A stretch of 64,000 nt of DNA from Adineta vaga (GCA_021613535.1 CP075495.1:14446001-14510000), one strand, 5' to 3'; shown: positions 38,260 through 55,415, counted from the stretch's first letter. Translations and numbers: made by a program. Notes: generated by a model not told the origin, from the sequence alone.

Positions 38260-39584
38260 ATGAGTTCAAATGAATTAATCGATAGAAAATATTATTGTTT
38301 ATATGTTGGTAATTTATCTTCTGATATACGTCGGAAAGAACTATGTCAATATCTTGAACAATATGGTCAAGTTGATCAATGTCAATTGTTTGAAGCGAAT
38401 TATCGACGATGGAGTTGTTTTGCATTTGTTCTTATGAATACACCGGATTCGATCAATCAATTGATGGCAACACGACCACATTTTCTTGATAATCGCCGGT
38501 TTGATTTGTAATTCGATTTGATTTGTTTGTTTATTGGATTACATTTAGATTGTATTTAAAACGTGAATTACCGGAACAATGTTCGAATAAAATTGAACAT
38601 TTTATTACGTCAGAAAATGTTTTAATTCAATTCAAATCAAAACAAAATCAAGAAATTAATGAACCTGATTTTAATGAAGAAAATATCCGAACATATTTTC
38701 AAACATATGGAAAAATTTTAAATTTATGTCTTTTAAAAAATCATCGATGTGTTATTGAATATAATGATTACGGTAAATACGTTCATTCTATTATTTCAAC
38801 CATCATACAAAACCAGAATAACAAATAAAATGTGAAACTCACAGCGGTTCAAAGGAGAAAAACACCTTCTGCTTTCTCAGATCGTATGAACTGCAAGGAA
38901 CCGATTTTCCCCCCTTGAACCAGTCTTTAGTAATGCTCTGTTTATAAGATAGATGGGAGGTCAAAATTATCCAACTGAAAACTTACACTCATTGATCTTT
39001 CTTAAAAAAAACTATTTGCAATTTTCTCGAAATATACATTGTATCAATCGTCTATTAGTTTCTTTTTCAAAACCATTGAACTTTATTTAGATTCTGTCGA
39101 TTGTATTCTTCTCGATTCTCCACATTATTTTAATTCTCACGAACTTCAAATTGAGAAATATTATGCTACAGAACAATTGAAACATCTCGAACGAATGTTT
39201 ATAACACAACCCGAAACGCCTGATTGCGGTAATGGTGAAGATGATGAACATGCTGAACATGTTTTACGATCTCGTCGATATTTAACTATGCGTATACGTT
39301 TATTAAAAGATTGTATTTTATCTATAAATATTTCGAATGAAATCAAATTGGAAACAATTCAACGTGGTTTTCAAATGACAATGAATCGACGTAAAGAATT
39401 ATTAGAAGAAATTCAACAATTAAATAAACAATGTCAAATATTACATGAAAAAAATCAATCAATGAAAGAAATGAATGAAACTCGTTTAGAAACAAATCAA
39501 AATTTAGAAAAAACTTATCAAGAACAGATTGACAAAGAAAAAGCGAAACAAAATGAATGGAAGAAAAGAATGCAAACGTTATAA
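38260..39584 (+). CDS. Two-RRM protein with C-terminal coiled coil; 3 exons (approx. 38260-38498, 38549-38772, 39070-39584)
   Basis: RNP2 LYVGNL and RNP1-like CFAFV; second degenerate RRM (IRTYFQTYGKI..CVIEYNDYDSVDCIL..PHY); heptad-rich tail. Confidence 0.7.
38846..38921. repeat. Short imperfect inverted-repeat element in the RRM gene intron (possible MITE relic)
   Basis: GGTTCAAAGGAGAAAA versus reverse complement of the right end GGTTCAAGGGGGGAAA; it lies in an unusually long (~300 bp) intron. Confidence 0.3.
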
Positions 39585-39880
39585 ACAAAACAAAGAAGAA
39601 GAGAAAACGTTCTTTCTTCATTCAATATAATACTTCACATTAATTTATTTCGTTGTCTGTACTTTATGTCAGATGTATATTTTTTTTTTCTTGACCAAAG
39701 AGAAATATCAATCAGAAATTGTGTAGATTAATTCCTATGTTTCATTCAAGTATTGATTCTTCGATGAAAAAACTAAAGATTGAATTTCAATAGTTAATAA
39801 TTCTTTTGGAAATGATAGTACGAGAGATTTGTTTTATGTATTGATGTGCTTTTAGACACGTTTTGTAAAGATACATATCG

Positions 39881-41234
39881 ATGGAACAGATTCGTTTACG
39901 TGATTTAAGACGAATCTTTCAAAATAAATATGTTGTTTCCATGGGTGATTCGAATATGCGTTCAATTTATAAAGATTTTATTCTTCTTCTACAAGAAGAA
40001 AAAGAATTGAGTGATGCAGATCGAAAAGCAGGTGGAAATAAAGAATCAATTTGTGGTAAATGTTTTCAACTCATATTTTTTTGAACAATTAATCAAACAA
40101 ATCTATATTGATTTAGGTGATACGTTATTAGAAGGTGGAGTTTATAAAAGTTTAGCAAGCGGAATTGAATATGAAGAAAAACGTATCTTCCTAGCCAATA
40201 TATTTCTTGTGAAATTTATTTTTTTAACACGGTAATTCATAGAGAAATTCGTTGTTTTCATTTGAAATCTGATTTAGATGTCTAAATGATGTTGTTACAC
40301 GAACATTTGATGAATTCCAACGAGATACAGAAAAACCGGATCTAGTTGTTATCAATAGTACTCTATGGGATATTAGGTAAGATGAGTTTTATTGGAATTA
40401 TAAGTGAAAACAATAAACTACGTTTTCTAATAGTCGTTATGGTGCAAATGGTGAAGCTGATTTTAAAAGAAATCTTCCCATCTGTTTTGATGAATTACGT
40501 GCAGCAACATCACCGACGACGATTATTCTATGGCTTACAGCTCTTCCTATATCTGCTGAACCAAGTGCTGCTGTATTTGATGAAAAATGTCTTGATCTGA
40601 ATTTGACGAAATTTCAATTGAGAAATTTTGTTTTGTTTCTTTTATTTCAGATCGACCTGAAAACAAATATTGGCGAACACAATTTCTTCATATCAATGCA
40701 TATTCAGCTGAATTAGCTAAGAAAAAGAATTGCGAAGTTCTTGATGTTCATTATTTATTTCGTCAACATCCAGATCTGCGCGATACAGATGGATGTCATT
40801 GGAATTCACATGGACATCGATTGATCACATCTTTTATGTAAGTATATTTCATATCCGACAACTTTTAGAGAGAGAAAAAAAACAAATAAATGAATGATTC
40901 TAAATTGTTTTAAAGTGCACAAACTGTCTCTCTTATTTGGCATGTACCTTATCTTGATCGTACGGTTATTGAACATAAAGAACGTGAACTTCATGGAATA
41001 TGTCATCGAAAAATTACTGAAGAAAATGAAAGTTCAGCTGCAATGATTCTTACGGGAGAAAATACTGATGGTATAAGTGATTTTAATCTGAATGTTTATC
41101 TTGCTGATCATATACCAGAAAAAAATGAAAATCGAAATGAACAATTTCCTGAACGAGTTGGTGCAATTATTGAACAAATGAGTGAAACAGATCGAAGAAT
41201 CCTTAATCTTATGGATTATTATGAAAAACTTTAA
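39881..41234 (+). CDS. PC-esterase-domain (PCED1/FAM113-like) SGNH hydrolase/acyltransferase; ~6 exons
   Basis: VVSMGDSNMRSIYKD (GDS nucleophile), PDLVVINSTLWDISRY, LWLTALP, DVHYLFR..DTDGCHWNSHGHR (DxxH). Confidence 0.8.
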
Positions 41235-41589
41235 AAAGAATTGCTTTGTTTTTTGTTTATTTGTACAATTGAATGGATTAGTTGTCAGATATACTTAATA
41301 TTTTCTCTTTTTTTTCTTTTGTTATGAAATTTGTTTATGTTATGAAAAGATGAAATAAAACAATGCTTGTTGATTTACTAAATATGAATTCGTTGTTTTT
41401 CATGGTAAGTTGTACCGATATAAATTGCCTTTTGAATTCGCTTTACATGTTGATTATTTATTTTAAATGAATGCGTACGATAGCATAAAAGAAAGAAATG
41501 AAAAGATAATGAAGGAATAGGGTACTAGTACAACATCTTGACGATAGAATATATAATTATGATATGAAAATATAGAATTAAGTTATGTT

Positions 41590-42573
41590 CTAAACATGTG
41601 TGTCATGAATTACATGTAGTACAGTATGAGCTTGAACTACTTTTGATTCTGGTGAAACACGTTGTCCAACTAATCTTCTATAATATCTTACAAATGCAAA
41701 TTTGCAATCTTTACGAAAGCTTTTTGCTACAGTAAAATAAATATAGAATGCTGATGTAGGATTCAGATAGATCAGAAGTGAACCACCAATAAAAGTTAAA
41801 AATGTTTCAATTTGTTGTCGTTCGCTAGATTTTGGTTGTCCATCTGTAACAGCACGATAAAGTGTCATTGTTGGATATAATCCTGTGGTAATGACATAAA
41901 TAATCACTTGACTTACTAACATAATCATGAATGCATTATCACGTTTTGTATTCACTCCAACAGCATTCAATCGTACAAGAAGTTCAAGACGATATCGCAT
42001 GGTTAATAAACTAAAAATTGACATTAACAATGGTGGAAGAATACCAGCAACAATAACTGAATAGAATGCATAGATGACATCATTTAAGCCTGGCATGTAA
42101 CATCGATTTTGAATAAAATTCTGTAAGAAAACGATGTGTAATGTTAAAAGAGGCCAAATAAATATATGTGCAATGATCAATCGAATAGCTAATTTTGGTA
42201 CACAAAATGAACGAAGTCGAATAGAACGTGAACATAATGCATATCGATCAAAACAAGCAAATACCATCAATGATCGACCTATCATTAAGAGTGTATGAAT
42301 TGTATATAATCGAAGCTTACAATAGATAAAAGAATAAGTTGCTGGATCGATATTATTTAAAGTATAGAGTGATGGACAAATACCCCAAATAATACTGAGA
42401 ATATTGATAACAGATGCTGCAAGAAGATAGAGAGAACAAGAATTACGAAGTGAATCCTTTCGAGTAAACATATATACATTGATAAGATTTCCGAATACAC
42501 CAAATGCCAAGAATGTACTCATTATGTATCTAACCATCCATTCACGGATATCTGTTAACGACGGAGAACTCAT
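41590..42573 (-). CDS. Intronless class-A orphan GPCR, 327 aa
   Basis: GVFGNLIN, NSCSLYL, YCKLRLY, ACFDRY, LPPLLM, YLNPTSAFYIY..KSFR; seven TM segments. Confidence 0.9.
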   Translation of the reverse strand: MSSPSLTDIREWMVRYIMSTFLAFGVFGNLINVYMFTRKDSLRNSCSLYLLAASVINILSIIWGICPSLYTLNNIDPATYSFIYCKLRLYTIHTLLMIGRSLMVFACFDRYALCSRSIRLRSFCVPKLAIRLIIAHIFIWPLLTLHIVFLQNFIQNRCYMPGLNDVIYAFYSVIVAGILPPLLMSIFSLLTMRYRLELLVRLNAVGVNTKRDNAFMIMLVSQVIIYVITTGLYPTMTLYRAVTDGQPKSSERQQIETFLTFIGGSLLIYLNPTSAFYIYFTVAKSFRKDCKFAFVRYYRRLVGQRVSPESKVVQAHTVLHVIHDTHV

Positions 42574-43854
42574 ATCTACACCTCAGTATACTTGACAATA
42601 AATTGAATGAATCAGAATATAACCGACTATATAATATTTCATTATGATATTGTTATTTTTAGTTCTGTAGATCCTCCGTATTATTTACAGACATATTAAT
42701 GAAATGAAAAATTCTTTATCTCATTATAACAACCTAGTGAGATATAGAAAGGTCAGATTAAGATAATATTCTAATCTTCTGCGAGCAATACGAATATTCA
42801 TTCGCTTGGAAATGAAATATATCACTTCAATTTTTATAATTAATATAGTAGTAGTGGTAGAGAAACATAAGTAATAGTTAATCACATTCGAGTCAATTAT
42901 TAATTGAAAAAAGTAGATCACTTATCAATTTCAAAACAATAGATATTTATAAACTTTAATCAAAACTAAATTATTTTGACATTTCTCAATTTCTTTGAAA
43001 GAATTCTTTCATACTTTAATTGACATTGATAGTCACGTATAAAGGATACTCTCTGTACACATTTAGTATCAAAAAGATAATTAGAAGATTATGAAATCAA
43101 GAATCATCGGTAATTGCATCTTCATATTCTTGAATATTTTTATCAATATTTGATTGAAGTTCTAAATTTAACCTTGAAAGAAATGATTTCAAATACTCAT
43201 CTATTCAATTATATGCTTCAAGTGCTATGAAGAGTAATACGCACTAGGGCTGTATGAGGATAAGAATGTTAGCATGTCAAAAAAAAAAGAAGTTGGGTTC
43301 AACTTTTTCACACGATACCTGCGGGCAAACGCTTCCGGTTATTACAAGTATAATGTATTGAAATGTGTTGGATATGCGCACTCAAAATCATCCGTGTATT
43401 GACTTGCATATATCTTTGCTCGTTTGTTTCATAAACAGCAAGTATTATCTTCTGATTGTCTTCGTATTTATTCCTCTTACTTTTATGATGAAAACAAGTG
43501 TCGACTTTTTTTAGAACAAGATCTTTCTAATGTATAAAAGTTATTACCGAGAACTGTCATTATTTGAACATTCCATTGACAGAAAACATATGTAATAATC
43601 TCCCGATGTACATATACACAATGTAAACATTTTTTCAATTGTTTTATTCGAATAATTAGTCTTTAATAGTTTTTTTTTATATTATTTGTCAAGAAAAAGA
43701 TGATTACTTTGAAAAGCAACTCAAAGAACAAGGCTATAAAACAGATGACATTGGCCGTGAGGAGTGACAACAAATGAAAAAGAACAAATATACCGTAAAA
43801 AACGAAATAAAATCAACGTCATTCTATTCAGAGTTTCTTTTTTCGTTGTCATCA

Positions 43855-44979
43855 ATGATGTTCTCTCCTGTGATTTTATTCATTGGACTCTTCATTTTTC
43901 AATTAAAAATGTCAAGAATTGATTCTTGTGATCGTACAGTAACATGTGGTTGTTCAGATAAATCGGAATTGAAATCAAAAATTATCGGTGGACAAACTGT
44001 TCGAACACGAATTTGGAGTTGGGTTGTATCTATTCGTGTTGGAAATCGTTTTCAATGTGCAGGATCAATTCTAACAAGTTCATGGATTTTAACAGCAGCA
44101 CATTGTTTTTCATTTGCTAATCATTTAGGAGAAAATATCATTGAAATTGATCCTTCTCTTGTCACTATACATGCCGGTTCAAATAATCGACTTGAAGAAA
44201 ATCAATATCGTCGAGCAATCGAAATTTTTCATCATCCACAATTTGATTCATCAACTTATCTCAATGATATTGCTCTAATTAAAGTATCTTCACCTTTTGA
44301 TATGACTGATATTACAATAGGTCAAATATGTTTACCAAATTTATCTTCAAATGAATATCCACTTGTGAATACTTCCGTATGTAATTGAAAAGAAATATGT
44401 TCAACACATGCTTTTAGATTTATTTTCTTCGTTAGGTCGTTGCCGTTGGATGGGGTAGAGTATGGCAAAATGGACCTGAATCATTCACATTACAACAAGT
44501 CATTTTGAAAGCTGTTGGTCATAAACAATCTAGCTGTTCGTCTTTAATTTTCAATCCGTCAAAGCAATTCTGCGCTGGTGTAGAAAATAGTCAAAAAGGT
44601 AATGATATGATTTATTCAATAAACGACACGAAATCTTCTTCGTTTTTCAGATACATGTCAAGGTGATTCGGGTGGACCTTTGATGAGTTTTACAACTAGT
44701 CATCAATGGGTTATTGTTGGTTTAACATCCTATGGTTTCGGATGTGCAATTCCAAAATATTCTGGTGTCTATACACGTGTTATAGCCTATCTAGATTGGA
44801 TTAATCAATTCATTAATACTACAGATATTTCATTATATCCTAATTCTTCAACAGCTTATACTCTCTATAACGATGGTGATATCGAATGGATACTTAATCA
44901 TTCTTTTCATCGTTCCATATCTCTGTATTTACTTACAATTCTAATGATATTCTTATTCTTTAAATTAAATTCTGTCTAA
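43855..44979 (+). CDS. Trypsin-like S1A serine protease with C-terminal hydrophobic (GPI/TM) tail; 3 exons (43855-44376, 44436-44598, 44651-44979), ~337 aa
   Basis: Signal peptide, CGC propeptide, K|IIGG activation site, [20 protein letters not shown] (Asp189 S1 pocket), GVYTRV..YLDWI. Confidence 0.92.
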
Positions 44980-45189
44980 ATTGATCGTTGTTCAAAACAA
45001 CTCAAAAAGATAATTTTGCATTCAATTAGTTTCATATTCAAGGAAGAAAAAAGAATACGAAAAATGCTCTCACCTCCATACATAGACATATATATATATA
45101 TTTAGACTGCAAAAAAGAAACAATGACTAAAATATTGATAGAAAAAAAAACATATAGTATAAAAAAGTGACAAACATACAATCATCTTA

Positions 45190-48394
<3,205 letters not shown>

Positions 48395-49194
48395 CTAAAT
48401 AGAAAATGAATATACATGTATATATTTTTTTCATTAAATTCTTAAATAAACAAAATAACGAAATACTCGACTCAATTCTTCGTGCCTTTCTTTTGCTATT
48501 TACACTATCTTCTAATGACTTTTTTCTTCAATATTTCAAATTTACATCAACGCGTGTTCTACATCTATCTGGTCTGTGTGTTAATCTGTCGTGAAGTGAA
48601 TACAGAAGTGAGCTTCGAAGACGACGTTCAATCTAACGTGAATCATCGCGAAAGCGAGAGAGAGAGTATGTGAGAAAGGACTTATTATGTCGACGTGAAT
48701 GTGTGATGAGAAAAAGAAAAAATGTCCTGTGTTTCGAACTGATGATGTATAAAAAAAAGTCCTACTCTGTTCTCTTATTAATTCAATGTTAGAACAGAGA
48801 AGATAGAAAGAGAGAGAAAAAACGAAGAGAAGAACGACAAAGCTTGAAGGGTATAGATAGACGAGTTCAACCATCATCATTAACAACACGACATAGACAT
48901 ATGAGGAATACAAAATAATGTCCCTATTGGTTTCACATGTATTCATTCTAAAGAATATTTATCAGAGTCTATCATAGTCTCTCCTCTTCATTTTCTTTTT
49001 GACTCTCTTATATAACTATATTCATTCAAGACATTCTATTGAACATTATAAAAGCATAAGAAATAATATTTCCTATCTACTAAATGTTCAACTACAGAAG
49101 TACCGGTTTCTTTTTTCTTCTTCTTCTTCCTTTTTTTCCTCTCTTTCCTTTTCTTCGATGCCCTCGTAATGTGATGCAGTAGGGTTAAACACGC

Positions 49195-49220
49195 ATTCAT
49201 TCATTCATTCATTCATTCAT
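49195..49220. repeat. (CATT)n microsatellite
   Basis: cattcattcattcattcattcattcat. Confidence 0.8.
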
Positions 49221-49820
49221 CAAGAGAAAAGAAGAAAAAAAAACGTGAACAGAAGAAAAAGGAAGAGGACAATGGCTATATTCAAAAAAAAAACATTTAA
49301 ACCAAAAGAAAATCATTTCTTCTTTCACATCCATGTATTCAAATGTTCATTGAAATAACAATAAACCTTCTGTTGTACACACACATACACACTCTATCAT
49401 CAATTGTCGATTGACCCGAGTAAAAGAAATCTTAGAAAAAGTGCTTATAGAAATAATCATACTTGAATGTTTCGCTTTCAGATCAATCGACAGAAGAAAA
49501 GAGAGAAAAATATGAAAAATACATCGATCAGAATCGATATTTAACAAGTCAACAAACATCAATAAAAAGAAAAAAAGGAAAAATGCAAACTAGACGAATT
49601 TCATTTTCTTTTAAGTGAACAACTGACTGTAATAGGAAAAAATATAAAGCAATACAATTAGGTCATCTCAATTAAAACTGTCTCTGTCTCTTCTTCTATA
49701 CATAATTCAATTAGTAATTGATGGAATCTGAATGTATATCACTTATGAGTCATTTTGATGAAGAAAAAAAGAAATGAGTGAATGTAAATTATTCGAAATA
49801 GGATTGACATTGAATTTTAC

Positions 49821-49937
49821 CTTGAATTCTGTTTCGTTTACATCTACGGATGAAGGACTAGGATGAGTCGATTTCTTATATGTTAACGTTTGTTTTATTT
49901 GAACATTGTTCATCATAGGTACAGTTAATGATGGCAT
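49821..49937 (-). CDS. Probable alternative upstream coding exon of coronin (39 aa)
   Basis: ATG...TTCAAG|GTAAAA phase-0 donor joins in frame to the acceptor TTTAG|ATG at 48395. Confidence 0.5.
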
Positions 49938-52900
49938 GGTTGAATTATATTAATGTAGTGTAGACGAAAGTATGATATTGAATGATTTTGATCGTTTAGT
50001 GAGAAAAGAGAAAAAAGAAAAGGTGTCTCTTCAGATTTTACCTTTTGCTCTCTTTCTCTCTCTCTCCCCCTCTCTTCTCACTATTTTATTCTAAGTAAAC
50101 ATATCACTCAATTCGAGTTTTTTCTTCTCTTCCGTACGATATTTATATTGTAGAGAACAATGGTATTGTTCTTGTGAAATGAGATAGCGGAAGTAAGCAT
50201 TTTGTCACACATAAAATAAGAGACAACATTGAAGTTGTACGAAAGCAGATGCTTTCTTTTCTTATTTCTCATTGATCACATCCCTTGTCTGGGTAAACAA
50301 GATAAGTGACATTGAGTTTATTCATTCACTTATGTAGCTTTTCTACGAGAGATCACGTTCGGAAATCTTTGATTACATTGAAGAGTACAAAAAGAAGATT
50401 TACAAAGTTATATTTCGCATAATATGATTAATTTTTACCTTCTCAAGAGACTACACGAACACGTAATATTTCATTTTCTTACCTCATTCTCGTCGGTTGG
50501 CATTGTGATATAGATTGAAGAGATCTATGAAATCTTTTGTTATTTATCTAAAATGATAACAAGAATAAATGGCAGGATGAAATATCGATTGACTAGTACA
50601 GATGTTCTAATATTCTTTCATTGAAAACATCTGAAAGACCTAATATATAAAGTGTAAAACAACTGTTGTGGAAAGTATTCGGTATCAAACATTCTCAGAA
50701 AAGAAAACGTCAATATTTGCCACTCATAAAGAATATTATTATTTCTTTCTGATAATTTGTCGCTTAGTGTGTCAACAACATCGATTGACATTTTGTAGTC
50801 AAAAGAAGAAAACATCGTTTTTTCTCGATATCTCGAAGTTCAAATATATCAATGTTAGCTATATTCACAGTATGGGTCAACTGTTCTTTCTTTGGCTGAT
50901 CTCATAAAAACAACGTATCTGATAGAATAAGAAAAGAAAGAAGAGAGAGAGAGAGAAATCGAAGAAAAGATGCGCTACTAGTCAACGTAGAATACTATCA
51001 TTATTTATTTCAGCTGCTGTTTTTATCTCTTTCCTGTTGATACGATCTGCTTCTACTGCTTTCACTGAATATATGGAGTAGCTGGAATGATGATATTCTC
51101 TGTGAAGAAAAAAAGCAAAGAAGAAGAAGAAGAAGAAGAAGAAGAAGCAGAGGATAAGGAAAAAAAAGATATTTATACGTCGTTAGAAGACGAAGAAATG
51201 ATAAAGAGAAGAATATAAACAATTACTTTGAACAGTATTTAGTAGTATAAGCTTACTTATCTTATTCTTCTTATTGATTGCTTTGAACAGTGCGACTTAC
51301 TATATATATATATATAGATATATGACTTGATCAATTCTCAACTATTTCCTTTTCTTTTTCTCTTCGGAGAAATATATGATACATACATTCTTTAACTAAC
51401 AAATGAAATATTACCATCACGATCTAGCAGATACAAAAAAAAAGAAAGTATTTTATAATTATATTACATGCCTTTCGTAATCAAATCGTGTTTTATTAGT
51501 AATGGTCGATTTTTCTCTTTAGTAAATAAATAACTTGTTATTCTCAATTTAAAGTTGTTTAGAAAGATCTAACCTATCAAATGACTGTAATGGGTATATT
51601 CCTTTCGTCGTCGTTGTTGTCTTCTTCTTCTTCTTCTTTTTTTTGTAATTAGGCGTTTGTTCTGTTTTTGTTTTTATATCTCCTGATAGGTTTGATGAAT
51701 AATCGCGGATATTAGAGAAGAAAACGACGTCATAGGAGAAAGGAAAGAAGAACAATTCATCGAGGATAAATACTGATATCTAAATGTCGACAAGCTGTCA
51801 CCCACCATTCGATCACAATCAATATTATTTAATTTCAAGGATAAATACACAGATGATGTCTATTAAAAGAGTAAATCGTTGCTTTTTCAGACAAAATCAT
51901 TTCCATTTTCGAACATTTCTTTCTTTAATGATCTTTTTCTACATTTGTAATAAGAAGAATATTAGTATTATTTAACCTTGTTAGGTCGATCCAATTACGT
52001 CTATTCATCTTCTTACGACATAAGCATATCATTCCACATGGTCTTCGATAGTTGCTCAATGATAACAGTTACCCTCTGGCTATCTCGTAATAATATTTTC
52101 CTTGTTGACAAGTTTACAATGTGATGAAAGTTAGAAATATTAAGTATACGATTAGGATCATTAATTTCCTTCTATCGATGAAAAACTCATATTTTAAACA
52201 AATCTTATCTCTGTCTGTCGATAAGAAGATAGTCAGATATGTTCATTCAAGTATTTATTTGTTTATAAATCCATCAAATCAAACGACATGATTCTCTTCT
52301 TCATTGATTTCATACGAAATGATTATTTGAAAAAAAGAGAATTTAGTCAAATACTTACTCAAACAACACCATGAAGATTGAAGTATTGTATATGAAATAG
52401 AATCGCGTGTCTTTTCATATCGATAAGAAATTTTAACAATAAATAACTATCGAACATGAATGACTCGGACTTTTTTTTTATTACTAGAAATATATTATTC
52501 TTAAGTTCGATATTTCTTCAATGACGTTTACTGCACGATAAAAATGGACTTCTTATTTCTTGTACTGATTGAAAGAGAAAATTCTGTGATATAATAATAG
52601 ACATTGCATACACGATAGTTAAATATATAGAATTTATTATTATGTTCAACTACAGTAATTCTAACATACCATTCAACATGACAAATCGAAAAAAAAGTTT
52701 TCGATTATTCTTACAAAGATATTTTATATCAATGAACAATCCGTGAAAATTATGATATTCTACAAAATATAATGCAAATTGGTAATGTTCGTTTTTATTG
52801 CCATTTACACTATACAAGTTTAGCTTTTTTTGTGTTACTTCTCTATCACCTGAAATATATGTATACGAAAGAAACCATGAAATCTCACAATTATTTTTTT

Positions 52901-54390
52901 CTCATTATATGCGAGTCCGATAAAATACGAAGCATTAAGCACAACTGGTTAGAAATAACAAAGAAATTTTTTTCTTTTCATTTCTTTTAATGACTACGTT
53001 CTGCCTTCATTGAAGACGGAGTACATGTTATAATCAGGTGACGACATGAAACTCTATAGGTTTAGTTTCATTTTCTTTCTCATTTTGACATCAGTATTAT
53101 TATCAATATTCAACTGTGAAAGGGTAAAGTATGAACATGGCATAGAATGAGAAAGTTTAATCTTATTCCTTATTGACAATCAATGTAAATAAGAATAAGA
53201 AATATTCCGTAGCAATGTTCTTTTTCACTTGTAATCAAATATTTGTAGTCGTTCTGAAATGCAATTAAAATCATCTCGTTGACATAGAAAAATTAACTTA
53301 CCTTCTGTAAGAACTGACAAAGTTCGATTATATTAAACAGATCACCAAGGAGAATCATTTCTTTGCCTTTTCATGTTGTGTAAATGAATCATTCATATCT
53401 TGTTATTTTCATTATTATTCAATGCTCTATACATTTGATAGAATACAAATACAGATAAATAATCAGACCGTAGCAATAACGATCGTTTTGAATTGAGAAT
53501 GACTACTTAACAAGTTAGATAATAGGACACTGTCTATTCTTTTAATAAATTTGATGTCTAGGGAAATTCTATATAATACTTAATGAATTAGAATCGTGAT
53601 AGAAATCATAGATTTATTGAAGAAATCTATTTCTAAATGTTAATCTATTTTTCTTCTTGATATTTGAATACTTTTTTATGTAAATTTGTTGAAAGATGAA
53701 TGTTCTTCTTCGTTTTATTAATTTAGAAATTCGAATCAGAAAAGAAATATTATGTGTAAGATGTAACTAAGCAAGAATAATATGAAACTTTTTTTCTCCT
53801 TGTTCTCTCCTAAAGTTGATTTCTTTTCTTTGATGATAAACAAATGAGACGTGAGGGTGTAGAGAAAAAAAGATGACGAAGTGGAGAACTAAGAATGTGA
53901 GAAAAGCTGCAGTTCCAGAATTGACATAGAATTTGGTAATTGATTAATGGAGTTGATCATCTCTGAGAAAACGAGAAAGAATGACATAACGACCTTAAGA
54001 GAAAAGAACAGATTAAAGTCAATGAGAAATAAAGAACATAGTAGAATCAACTAAGAATAGAATGCAAGATCAGTTGAGAACACGACATATATCTTACTCT
54101 GCAGTTTTCGATGCCTATCACTACATACATATGAAGTTAGATAAAGGATTTCTTTATTTGAGATTGGTATTATCATCAACATAACTGAATAATAAATCGT
54201 AAGTTATTCAAAATATTCAATGCAATAGTTTGACATTTCTTGATTACTTGTCGACTGAATTCTATTTTGAAAGAAGACGTACTTTCAAAACGATAGTTGA
54301 TGTAAAAGTAAGAATTCGATTAAAATAATATGTAAACTCTATTCAGATAATTCAAACTTTTGTAATTAAAATCTGTGCTATAAAATCCAT

Positions 54391-55415
54391 ATGCGGCGTG
54401 AACAACTAATTATACCAGCGCTAATTATTATAGCTGCAACTATATATTACTATTATTATGTTTTCGTTTTTGATGTATCTAAATCATCATCATTGGGATT
54501 ACCGCCGTTTATGTTACCAGCATCTCGATATAAGATAGCAGTTATGAACGATCGTATTCCATCGTATAAATTAGCAACAACGGACGGTAACAAGCCATAT
54601 GCTGATGGTGATCGAGCTCAAGCTACTGTTATCGATAGTCTTCATCTTCTCCAAAAATGTACGAAAGATCCGTCACTCATTGTTGTCGATATCGGTGGTT
54701 TCTTAGGTATGTACATTTACTACTTCATCTTACAATACCCAAACACTCATGTAAATTGTGATACACTTGCTTTTTTGTAGGTGATTTTGGATTATATGCA
54801 GCTGCATGTGGTTGTCAAGTGTTTATCTTCGAAGTGCAGCCAAGCATGGTTGATCTCATTCGCACATCCATTGCATTGAATAATTTCTCAACATCACGTG
54901 TTCATGTGATACAAAAAGCAGTTAGTGATCTTCCTTCTAACTCACAGATGACATTTTCGACTCAAGGCGGTCAAACAACAGCTCAGAAAGGAACACTTCG
55001 TGTGTCAACTATTCGTCTTGACGATATTGATTGGCCATCATCATCATCAATTATTCTACTCAAAATCGATGTCGAAGGTTTTGAACTAAATGTTCTTCGA
55101 TCAGCTGAAGAACTATTTCGTGCGAAACGTATTCATCACTTGATCTTTGAATATACTGCATGGTGGACTGATCGTGCAGCTCAACAAGATCTCATTCCAT
55201 ATGTGGAGAAGAATCTTGGTGCTAAAAAATTATATGCATTGGATCGGACAAGTTCAATGGTGTATGGACCATTGACTCGAGATGTTCTTGATCAGTTTCA
55301 TGCTAATCATATCAAACGGCATTTACAAACGGATATTTATGCTAAGCTAGTGGATCAGAATGAAAACTCGAGTCTAAAAGCGCAACCATACACTTTGGGA
55401 TCATCTTTAGCATGA
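54391..55415 (+). CDS. FkbM-family (Methyltransf_21) SAM methyltransferase, type II membrane, copy 1; intron 54707-54780; ~316 aa
   Basis: N-terminal TM anchor; VVDIGGFLGDFGLYAA..GCQVFIFEVQP, IRLDD, LLKIDVEGFELNVL, LIFEY. Confidence 0.9.

Noticed and set aside
40585-40650. Apparent frameshift in the PCED1-like gene
   Set aside because: Resolved by an intron with a weak GTCTTG donor near 40589 and the TTTCAG acceptor at 40650, so it is not a pseudogene.
43310-43352. GC-rich hairpin-like segment resembling a Helitron 3' end
   Set aside because: The stem is poorly paired and the end is not CTRR; no 5' end was found.
53720-54090. Purine-rich stretch that gives a hydrophobic peptide on the minus strand (possible gene relic)
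   Set aside because: Stops in all frames and no recognisable family motif; composition alone explains it.
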